This document shows positions 1-11,499 of a stretch of 64,000 nt of DNA, one piece after another. The first letter of the stretch is position 1. Each line of letters begins with the position of its first letter. A program made the translations under genes and the position numbers. The notes beneath the pieces were generated by a model that was not told the origin of the DNA, did not search any database, and saw only the letters and a program-made list of their open reading frames with translations. The stretch comes from Phallusia mammillata (taxonomy: Eukaryota), in the NCBI GenBank assembly GCA_965637545.1, contig OZ281495.1:20150001-20214000 (forward strand), in the 5' to 3' direction.

Positions 1-28
1 TTTAATAGCAGGGTTGTAACTTAAACAG

Positions 29-2011
29 ATGGAAACTGATCAACAACAAATCGAACATGGTTCAACCGAAAATTCAAGTCATTTCGACCCACAGTTGAGT
101 TATGTGTCCCAACAACAGATGGATGTGTTACCAACTCATCACCAACAACACGATCAACATCACGAACCTGTGCAGTTTGTGGCAAAGATCAACCAACAAA
201 TGCCACACACTGTAAACCATATAGAAGTAAGAGTTTGTATCATATCAAAAATAACACTTCTAAACGCATTCTTCCAATTGTGCGTTTCAATTTTAAATGA
301 CACAATTTTCATTTTTTTTTTCTGAATCAGAAGTAAACCAAACAAGAATAAAATTTATGCACATATAGTAATAAATAGTTAGTGCAGCTTTATTTATTGT
401 ATTGTTCAGCCAATCCGTGAACCCTTGTTGTGCGACTATTCTGAAGTAGGACGTGAATTAAATCGACCAAATGAGCCAAGTGTCACCCAGGTTCGTATAT
501 CTGTTTGGCTTGGGGGATCAGCTGTAGGATTTGGTGGTCGTGTACGGTTTGCTACATAATCTCTGTTCTCCGACCTGTTGTTGATTATCCCACCTGGCAA
601 ACACACCGTGCGATTATCTCATAAACTTACCTTCAATGCTGTTATCAGCGATCGAAACTAGACGTCCTTTTCGTACAAGGCACGATTCTGAATAATAAAT
701 ATTTGCTGTTGGTGGTTTACTAAGTTGCCTTAATGACTATGGCAATGTGAAGTAGTTTTGCGTTTTTAATTTCTTGTCAATCTGCATTGGTTTGTTGTAT
801 TTGTTGCAGAGAAATTACTATCGCCCACGTAAACACCACCTTCTTCAAGCCAGATGTGAAAGCGAGAAATCGGCTCAAAGGTGTGCACTTTTATGGTTTG
901 ATTTCTTATGTTTTTTGCCAATAAACAAACTTAATAAAAGAACAGTTGATTTTTTAAATGACTTGCTTCGCTTGTTTATTTTTGCAATGAAATTTGCTTT
1001 CATTCATACTCTTTTTATAACTGTCAAATATATTTTTTCGCCTTTACCAAAAATATACTTTAACACAAACTAAACGATAAACAAAGTTACCATGGCGTTG
1101 GGAACATACATTTAAACTGCGTTTTTTGCAGAAAAAGGTGTTTGTGGTTTTTGCCTGTTGTCGAGGTGAACATTTCTTACGTGTTCTGCATATAACCTCA
1201 CATCACTTAAAGCAGTGGTTCTCAACCAGTTTGCCTTTGCGGACCCCTTTCGGTACTGTCAAGCTAATCGCCGACCCCTTTGAAGGTTTTGGTATTTTGT
1301 ATCCTTTTTTAACAAGCAACCCAAAAAAGGTGCGGAATATACCAACCACGCTTGGTCCAGGACCAAAATTGTAATCACTTTGACTGGGCTGCGACATCGG
1401 AACTCAAAGATAAAGAGCCATTACATTGTGATGTGACGATTTTGCCACTGAAAATTTACCTTTGTTGCATCACAGTGGGGTTAAAATGTCACAATGCATT
1501 TTGGTTTGTCGCCTATGAAGAACGATTTTAAACAAGTTTCATGCTATTTTAAAACGCTGAGACATGTTTTTTTAATAGCGCTTTATCAATATCGTTGCCT
1601 GCCAAATTAGGAAGTAGCCGCGGACCCCCTGTTGAGAACCACTGACTCAAAGTTTCCTCGTTTAACTGTTTTAAAATTGTTTTGAAAATTTGTGGCTAAT
1701 TAAGGTTTTATGCCACAGCCTTCAAGCTCCTACAGTATATCAACCTCGAAACAACATTGATCCCACTTTTAACCAATCCCACTTCGTAATTCACACGGAA
1801 ACAGGCGAAATCCAACCGCCGTGCAAGATCGACATGCAACCTGTTTACGCCACCCAAAATGTGAGTCCTATAATGTCATCAGTAACTGCGTTTTATAAAT
1901 AGTTTTTGTTCTTGATGGCAGACTGACGTATCGCAGTTACCAGGTTGTTCCTCAAACCGAAATCTTCAATGGGCAACGTTTGTTGAATATCAACCAATAA
2001 ACGAAAACAAG
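29..2011 (+). CDS. Uncharacterised Gln/His-rich protein; multi-exon, both ends uncertain
   Basis: Exons 29-226, 410-490, 810-880, 1719-1860 and 1922-2011 join in frame through GT-AG introns (METDQQQ...HIE/PIREPLL...TQ/RNYYRPRK.../LQAPTVYQ.../TDVSQLPG...ENK). No domain recognised. Confidence 0.6.
1213..1644. mobile_element. hAT-type MITE (intronic)
   Basis: TIR cagtggttctcaac...gttgagaaccactg; 8-bp TSD acttaaag/actcaaag (1 mismatch). Confidence 0.85.
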
Positions 2012-5000
2012 GTAGACAAAAGTTCGTGTTTTAAAAGTTTTTAATGTTACTCGCCCTTGGTCATGAAAAAACGGACCAGGTTCAAGAATATATAAACTGG
2101 GTAACTTAAGGTAGTCAGGTATCACATCAGAAACAGTAGTTTGTTGGTTCTATTTTTAATAAAAGCGGTTAGCTTGCACGAATGCTGCTTATAGGTTGGG
2201 ACTTATTGACAAAAATTCAGTGTAACATTGATTGATCAAAGTGTGGTTACCGTTGATGCCAATGGTGTTAGAGATATTTCCTAGTATGTAAGTATTTCCT
2301 TTGGATAAATTAAAAGGCCGATAAAAGAGACTAAACTACCTCCTTTTTAATGGCAAGTACATAGTCGACAAAACTTTCGGCCGCATTAATGCAATTCTGC
2401 CTTGTCATTGCGTGGATGCGTTGCAAGCATAACATTTACGCGAATAAATTACAATGACATAGAGTCCCTTCGGAGAAACCACAATCGGTGGTAAATTGTC
2501 TTGTGACAAGCGGCGATGTCGATTAAATCCGATGTTGATTATGCTTGGATTGTTTGTTTAATTGTTAAATACGAGTCGGATTGTTAACTGCTGATCGATT
2601 TTAGTCTGCATTCAGTTGTTAAATGGACCGATTTGCTTTATTTTAAATGTCCTTGATTGATCCAGACAAGAGCAGTGCTTTTTAACCTCTGAATATTGCA
2701 ACTGTAACATTATGATTTGGGGCTTGGTGATAAAATGCTGGTATTTATGACGACCCCACAATTACAGTTTGATATTTACTCGTCAAATTAACTGATTTTG
2801 AAACATTTTTGCATGTTTTTTAGCCTATACTGTGTACAACGAACAATGGTTGGGAAAAACTAATGTAGGGATCTGTCTTCAGACCGACATATATTTCCTG
2901 TAGGACCAAGCGGGGTGAAATTGTACATAGAACGCAACTGTGTTTCTTCGATAACATCTAAATATAATTTGGAAAATGTCAGCGCTGCAACCGTTTTTTG
3001 TTGTAAGTTCCTGCCTTTTTTGGCAAAGTGTGGATTAAGTATTGTTTTTTAATTGGATTCCAAAAGTTATTTACTCGATACTCTATTTGAATAAGGCTTA
3101 TAGCATTCTGTTAACGCTTATAAACTAGACATAAAGAGGGCATTGACCGTGTTGTAGCAGTCCACAGAGATTTTTACTGTTTTGACTTTTGCCCACGACG
3201 CATTTTTTCATCTGCAATTTTCTGACACGTATGCCGCCACACTACGGTCTTAGCAGACTACAACGATCACTTTACAAGCGCAGGGATAACTTACGAAGGT
3301 TTTTCCACTATTCTCCAAAACCCAACAGATCTCATTTACACATTCTAATCGCGAACAACCGAAAAAACAGTTCATGAACTTTAACGAATTTAGATCCGAC
3401 CATCTCTGTTTATTTTTTACATTCCTCTAAAATCGGTACCAGGTGATGGAACCCACATGTTCGTGCAATTAGTGCAATTGCTCCCATCGGCAAACTTTGT
3501 AGATTCACCTGTTTGTGAACCTAAGGCCTTTGCGTTCTTTTTTTAAAAGTCAACTCGCATTCTCGACTGACAATCTGTTTGTATTGCGGGTGGTAAACTT
3601 TCAACAATCCGATATGCGGTTTTGGTTTCTTATCGTCTGGTCGTGCTGTGACCTGAAATGCAGTTTATACAACACAAACTACTACATGCAAAACATTAAG
3701 CGCATTTTTAGATGCGTTTTTACACCGAGGTGCACTATATCACACTGATGAATAAGGGACTGGATTAGGCTTTATGTCAAATGCTTCGCGTATGTTGAAA
3801 GAAATTTTATTTTTCCAATTTTTTGTTGGCTTGGTATACAAATGAAAGAAATATTAAACCTCGTACCCAAGATAGCTTCTATGCCTTGTTTTCGACAGCA
3901 ACTAAGTTATACCAAACTTTTGCAAATATTTAATTTTACATTAGCAAGTACTTTTTTGTTAGAGTGCCAGGCGCCCTTTGCCAAAATATTTCTTACTGCA
4001 GATAGGTGGCGCCCGAGCTCATCAAAACATTAAATTTCAACCGTTCTTAAGGATTGAGGTTAAATGCGGATTCATGTTCAATTCTGTGTGGATATAAAAC
4101 AATCGTGTGTTTTATGTTGTACAAAGAATTGGAGCCAGTCAGTTGGAAAAGGCTGGAGTTGAACCGGGTTGGCACGCGCTTGGTTTACGTGCCAGAACCC
4201 ACAACTGAACGCTTGAAGCTGAATCTTTCCACGCTACGTAATTTGAAAATCGAGATTCAGTGCATGTTCAGTTTCTATTTTGTGATTAGGCGTTACGACA
4301 AATAACGAATACTTGATTTCTACTACTTTAAACACCAAAACAAACATGTGAAGTCACGAAACTGACGATCAGTCGGCGATAAACAAAACGCACGATAACC
4401 ACGAAATAAATCAGTAACGCCGCTAAAAATCGATAAATATTTTCAAATTTAATAAGTTTATTATTCGGACTGTCAGCCAAAGTAAACTTGTAAAATAATA
4501 ACAGGAGCGTTTCCTTAAGGATTAACTACACACTATTATTTAAAAGGTATTTAAAAACTGATCGAACTCATCAAAACAAAGGACAACTCAACGACAGTGG
4601 ATCGATAGTAAACGTTGCGTAAATATAGAGCACTATGTTTGGGGGATTGGAATTAATGAGCAAACGGGTGGGTCGGTTTGCGAAACCATTTCTGTTGTTT
4701 AACTTACTCCTCCCGAAGGACTTCAAAGAATATTGGTCGTTTCGCCATTCAGCTGGTCGATGTGGCGTGCAGTGTCACTCAGTCAAAATAAAAATCGAAG
4801 TCAAAGGAGTAGTGCATCATGTGTCGTGACATCGCGGCGCTTTGTGATGGCAATTTACAGGAGTCATTATCAATTTCTCTGCCGCCACTCGAATGAATAA
4901 TTAAGTTAAAGATGGAAAATGCAGCTGTGTAATACTTAAATGGACACGTTCTGATAAGAAGTGGAAACTTTAAAAATCTGTAAAAATCCGGAACATCTTC

Positions 5001-5373
5001 AAAAGCATTTATAAAATGCAATACAAAAAACTAATTTCAGCACCTTATCATGCTGTGCAAAAAATAATAAAATTTTACTAATGCCGTTGTAGGATCAGGT
5101 ATTAACAAGTTTCGACGCGGATATCGGAAAATGACCTCAATGTATATGGCGTGGTTGGTAGGATTTAAGTCGTAACATTTGTGAAGTGTTTAACAGTTAG
5201 AATCACTTGCTTAATTGTGTACAATACCTTTTGCGACATGACCCATACAAGATATACAGTTTTGCTGGTAACATTAATTTTCATGATTTCGGTGAAAAAG
5301 TTCATGATTTCGGTGACGAAGACCCAAACCGCACCTTTTAATTGCAAAAACTTAGTTTTTATCTTTAAATTCG

Positions 5374-7612
5374 TCAGTCCTCTCCTTCTTCGTGTGGAAG
5401 AGCTTGTAGCGCAGCCATGAAAGCGAATCCCACCAAGAGACACACTGTGTTGGATATTCTGTTGTTTGTTTCATCGTTGAACTCGTGTGGAATGATTTCA
5501 ACGAATATTATGTACACAAACGTCCCCGATGCAAATGCCTAAAATAAACAAGAAAGTTAATGACCAGATTTTTTTGTAGTCTTACATTAAAGCGAGTTGA
5601 TCGTTCTTCCATAATAAATAAGTAGCCTAAACTTTAAGATAAAAAAACTTGCAGTTGAAACAACCCACCTGCATCACTGCAATAAGCTTGTCGACACGAA
5701 CACTGTCTGAATATGAGCTCAATCCTGTTCCCACCCCGATACCGATTGGTGCCATGATTGAAAATATCACCATTGACATTAACACAATTCGAAGCGATGC
5801 TCTGTTGACAAAAAAACTGATCATAAAGACAAGTTCACAATACATCACACTTCCGTGCATTTTTTCATTATACTTCAAAAAATAAATCACAACCTCTTTT
5901 AAAATGGAACGTTAAAGAATAATAAAGAGTAAGAGACGTTTAACTGGAACCTATATGTTTTGTCAACGTTGCTTGATTTTTGCATTTTTAGTTGAGCTTT
6001 TTTTTACACTGTCAAAGTTTTTGTCGTTTACACACAACGTACTTGTTTGTCACCAGGCTCATTCCGTAGCTGAAAGCCAATGTCATCTTATGTATGATGA
6101 CGGCGATCACCAGCGTCCTTAGAGCTGATGCATTCCTCTGGAAACCGATCGCTAAGCCTTCAAACAAGGCATGAGCGGAGAGGGCCAGCAACAAAACCAG
6201 CGCTCGGACGGAAGAGTGTGCCTCGTGATCAAAATGACCATGAGCTTGTTCCTCTTGCAGTGTGGCTTCCGTGTGGGCCGTTGCAATGCTGATTTCGACC
6301 TCTGTGAAAGAGTTAGATTGTCGCACCATGGTGTCATGCTTTTCCGTTGTGTATGATATGGCGGGTGGTGGAACGATGGGTGATGCCGCGCGTTTATCGG
6401 TGGTTGTACATTCCGTGCTCTCCTCCGAAGACTGCCTAAGTGTGTTGTAATTCGCGCTCTTTTCTCGAGACTGAAGTAGTATTGATTTATCTTCACGGTT
6501 GTATTCGAGCACTTGCTTGTTTTCAACTGAAAAAAACACATGTATTTTTACCTTTTAACAATATTGTTATATGTAACTTGCGTTGGTCCTTCCAATATAT
6601 CAGTATTTTGCACGTGCGTTTTTGAAACGTATACAATTTTAACCTTGCTCGTATGGGGATCAAAACACTTTTCGATTCATTACAAAACTAACGCAAATTT
6701 TTAACATGTAACAACACCAACTTGCCAAATTGTGTTTGAAAGGTAAATACCCAAAAATGTTAATGGTGATGTTTAGAATTGTGATTTAAACGTTGCTGGT
6801 TTATACCATGCTTACCTCACATGGTTAAGTCTGCATTTAGCGTTTCCATTCCTAATTTTAGCAAATTTATTTTCTTTATTACACAGTTTTGTGCAATATT
6901 TATTAAACCCACTTGTCGTGCTGGCTTCATTTGTTTCGCTTTTGCTTCCAAACCAACTCATGACCGCCTGTTCGAGAAACAGGACGAAGAAGAAACCGAA
7001 GCATATGATAAGTTCGGCAAAGGGATATTCCAAATCCTCACCGAATTGTTCTACTATCTGCTCCTGGGCCTAAAGGTAAGTGTATAAACGTACTGTGCGC
7101 AGTTAATATTTTAGCAAGGGGCTTAAATTGCATGCACGAAAGGGCTGACAAGTACGATTGATTACATAGCCAGAACTGGAATGGTACAAAATGTCTTTTT
7201 GTGCTACGTCTCCAAAAATACGTCATATTTTGATTTTCCTAACAGGTTAACTTAATTTTTAGCTACCCCCAAAAAATCTTTTTAAACAAGCAAAGACATT
7301 TTTTCACAAACTTCAATATTTTACATGCAGTCTGTGTAGATGGTCATACCTCTGGCAACATGTGCATGAAGAATGTTGCGAAAAATATTCCGGCAGCGAT
7401 GCAGTTCAGAAAGCTCACCAACATATCCCGAAAGTGACTGTCATAACAAAGAAAACCTGTCTTTTATATTCTTTAAAAATATCCTTAAATCTTTACTATA
7501 CTGACCTTGGCGAAAGGCATTTGTTTTTCAACAAAAAAGGCGTAAATCCAGTCCCGAAGCCAACTAAAAGAAGCAAGACCAACAACAGTATTTTTTCGGA
7601 GGCTAAATCCAT
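5374..7612 (-). CDS. ZIP (SLC39A1/2/3-like) zinc transporter
   Basis: Spliced product MDLASEKILLLVLL...LNCIAAGIFFATFFMHMLPE...EYPFAELIICFGFFFVLFLEQ...HGHFDHEAH...LALSAHALFEGLAIG...AVIIHK...AFASGTFVYIIFVEIIPHEF...GED*. Carries the ZIP TM4 HxxxEG and TM5 HK motifs and a His-rich loop. Confidence 0.93.
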
Positions 7613-8210
7613 GTTTCTCTAGAAATTTGCTGGAAAACAACAATTGTAATTATTACTATTCCAAATCGTTTGGTTTGTTTACAGAGATTCTTCGAACGGA
7701 GCACATTTGTCACTGCATTTGATAGCTTTCATGTATTTTGCCCTTCTGCTTCCGATGCAGTATCTACAAGAAATGTGACCTAAGCGGCAAACATAATGAG
7801 CAGAAGCATACACCATTGGCCGCACTAGTCGTTTAAATCCCTAAGGATTAAGGTAATTTTAGCCAGTCATGTTGACCAAACGATCGATGAGTGGGCTCTC
7901 CAGAAACGGTCATTGATAATAATGGATTTACAAACTGATGACAGAAAATTTACGTGCCAAAGACAAGTGTAGGCTATGCAGACATACAGGCCATGTGTTT
8001 CCCATGCGACATTCAATTGACTTTAATCCTGATGTACCCAATTGCTTGTAGACTTTTCAAGGTGAGCAAATATGAACATTTAGTGAAACTAAGAAAATTT
8101 TTTGGATTGACCCTTTTTTGAATTTCAAAAATCCTTTATCCTACAAAAATACCTAAGTTATAAGCTTAATGCACAAAAAAAATAAAATAAAATGCAAACC
8201 ATTGAGGATT

Positions 8211-8260
8211 CATAGACGCTTCAGGGCTGACCCCAGTTATGAATTTATGTTCATCTTAAC
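8211..8260 (+). mobile_element. 50-bp truncated copy of the element at 45392-45688
   Basis: Reverse complement of 45392-45441 (1 mismatch); flanked by the direct repeat cattgaggatt (8200-8210, 8261-8271). Confidence 0.85.
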
Positions 8261-9495
8261 CATTGAGGATTGTGTCAAATTTTGCAATAAAATTTGACAT
8301 TTTTATGTTATATTAAGAAATGACAGCTTTATAATGATTTGTATCGTTTGACCGATGATGCACAAAACACTAGTGTTATTCATGTTGACTTTTTCAAGCA
8401 CAAATACAGAACATCTACCACAAAAGAGCGTAGATCGCTTTAGGCGTAGCTGCGGGAAGGAATTTTCCGATAAAATCTGGGGATAAAATTTCTTGACATG
8501 GATTTTGTCTGAGATATCCACAAAACTACTTTATCCTTTGCAAGTAACTTTTTCTTTCCGTTTATGGACACACAGTCTTCTGTGTGATAACTATGTCCGT
8601 TGCCGTCAGAGATATTCTTAGATCTTTCATGCGTATTTACAATGGTTAGGGCTCCAGATAAATCCATCATGGCCTGAGGGTTTAGCGCCAGGCCAAGCAG
8701 TCTGTCCGTTACTCAATCTATGAGTTCATTTTAATCCGTTTCGACGATAAGCTCGTGTTTGTGTTTACCGTTAGTGCGTCGCCGCTCAGTTCAAGGCAGT
8801 GTGTGATGAACCTGTGTTAGCCAATGTCAAGCGGTGCGACAGTACGAGATTGCTCTGTGGGGATGTAAGAAGATTTCCCCGCTTGCTGGTTGAGTACAGC
8901 ACCGAGTTATCGAACTATGCTGGGTTAGGATTAGTTCGCATGTACTTCTGTGTGTATGTCACGAGAGGAAAACTTAGCCTTATTGACTACATAGAATTAA
9001 ATAGCAGGGATTTCCCAAATAACCTTGGATCGTAGGCCGTCGCTCAAACTATTAGATTGTTGTACCTGTATATGCGTATGTGCGAAAAATAACATTTAAC
9101 TTCTTTTGATAGACGATAAAGCAATGTTGAAAAGTCAATCATAGTATGTAACTTTACCACCTTTGCCTTGGGTGCTGAATTTTATGTTTCTGCTTCAGGT
9201 AAGTGGTGATAAATATTAAACATTATCAACGTTCATTTTTTGGTATTTTTGAACGTTCATACAGTATTCAAATTAGCGCTCAACTAAGGCGAAATTCGCG
9301 ACCTATTGACCTTAACTTCGTTTCGCCAGAAAGAAGAACTTTTCTGGCGTGTGGTGGTACCAGGTCGTTGGTGTAAACAAATCGGATCTGTTTAAATATC
9401 GACTGCCACATTTCAAATACGGACAAGTTCAAATGTAGGTGGCTCGGAGAATTTAATGTGAAAGTTTTACAGGTACCGCTTCTGCTTCAAGTGCG

Positions 9496-11499
9496 ATGAA
9501 AACTGTGTTATCGCTATTTTTCTATATTTTGTACCAACAATCCCTGTGCGTTGCAGGTGAGTGCAATGAATGCTTCAGTATTTTGCGTAAACCTTCCTTC
9601 AGCTAAATTACTGGGTTTTATTGGACAACAATTAATAAAACCGCACCGACGCCGTTGAAGAATCAACTTTATTTTGTGGCTTGAAATACTTTGGTTTATT
9701 GGTTTCTTTTCTTACCTCTTTAATTTTAGAAACGAAAAATTCTACACATAAATTTATTTTAGATGAACGGAGATGTCATCCGCAAGGGACACCTTTGTAT
9801 GGATCGAAATGGTGCAATTTCACACTAAGTTCCGATGAGCTCGGATCTAAATGTTATTTCTCCTGCAATGAAGGTATAAACCAGAACAAGACAAAATTAG
9901 AAGCGATTTTTTGACAGGGGTTTTCCGTGCTTAAAACGTTTCTGATTTCATTGGCTCGGGAAATTTTGACACAACCATTCAGTTTCGGAATAAATATGTG
10001 ACGTATATACTGTCGAATTTACAACGAACGAAACTTTAAAAAACACTGCAAAAGCACAGATTAAAATTTACCATGGTATGCTAACCAACTAATTATTACA
10101 TTTTTTAGTCTTAAATATTTAAATGTTTGTATTTTGAACACACTATTTTATAGGATATTACCTAACCAAAACACAATCAAACGAATGCATTGAGATACAC
10201 CTGGGAATGATAAGAATGTTTGACAAACAAATTGGCGCGTGCCTTCGTAAGTACCTTCAGAGTTGTTGTCAGTTTAAGCCATATATTTTTAATGGACAAC
10301 CTTTTTAGCTCGACCGCCGTCTCTAAAACCGGGAGAAAACGGACCGTTTCAGCTCAGGGTGAAGATGGGTTCATCACAGTGGGGTGTCATCAATGGAAAA
10401 CTGATAGACAGTTATCTACACAAAAGCACTTTTTTTGTAAAACTACCCGGTCTCAATAAAAAGAATAACACCGTGTCTATCTACACTGGTGGCAAACACA
10501 AAGATTTTGTCGTGGCCATGGAGGATGAATTGGTGGTTGATGCCACTTCAACAACAGACAAAGTAGAGGAAAAGTTTTCCAATCAGGCTTCGTTTATTTT
10601 TCACCAGGATTTGTTTTATCCGGTTGGTGTTTTGCTGTTAAAAAAACAAAGCGTTAAAGGTGTTCTATGTTGTATTAAAAAAAACTGCTTTAGCTCACAT
10701 ATAAGTGATTCGAACTTTATCTCTTTGTTTTAAAATACCAAAAACAATTAATTTAAACCCAAAATTGCCAATTTCGTTCTCTTGGTACAGTTTCTGCATA
10801 AATGTTTGCTTGTTCGTAACAAAACCAAAGCAATTTAATACCTAAGTTGGTACAATGTGTATTGTTTTTTTTTTTTTTTCTAGAATAGTTCAAAACAGTA
10901 TTCCATACACTGAAACGAGCAGTGTTACAAGGTTTTTTTCTAGCTACACTATTTTCGCCTGTTAGCGCACTTTAAAGTAATTTTATCTGAATTTATTCCC
11001 TTAACATTTACATCCAACCACAAGATGCTTAACGATGACAGCCAAATCGTAAATCAGTCACTCCCACCATAAATAGCGCCGACTCACCCACAGGCTTGGC
11101 TTGATAAGCCTTGCCACATTAGCAGCCAACACTTGACCGATTAACGTAAACCCGACCTTATTTCGGTTACCAAAACTCGATGTGCGAGCGTATATTTCAA
11201 GTTCACGTAGACGCGACGTCGTATGCAGGATGTTGCATCGTTTCAATCGTCACAAATGATTAATACATATGCCGAATGTTTTATCATTGCAGGGTTTTGC
11301 TTCTTTCGAATCGTCGCAAGAAAGCGGGAAATTCATAACTACGAGCAAACATGGTGATGGAGTTATCGTTTTGACTGAACCCCAAACCGTGATGGAGAAA
11401 CAGAGAGCAAGCTTTCAATGTTAGTTTTTCTTTTTTCAAAACCAGGGGAATTTGTTTTAATCACACGTATTCAATTTATCTTCAGGGGCTCCAGCATGA
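9496..11499 (+). CDS. Secreted protein: signal peptide + Sushi/CCP domain + AbfB (otogelin-type/CBM42-like) beta-trefoil
   Basis: Exons 9496-9556, 9763-9872, 10154-10246, 10309-10622, 11293-11419 and 11486-11499 splice in frame. Sushi-like CHP..P.YG...C...GSKCYFSCNEGY.L......C...C; AbfB-like FFVKLPGL...TVSI...ASFIFHQDLFYPGFASFESSQESGKFI...RASFQW. Confidence 0.75.

Noticed and set aside
2100-5300. Short ORFs in the supplied track here and in other intergenic or antisense positions
   Set aside because: No homology motifs or splice-consistent structure; many start at non-ATG codons or simply shadow real exons
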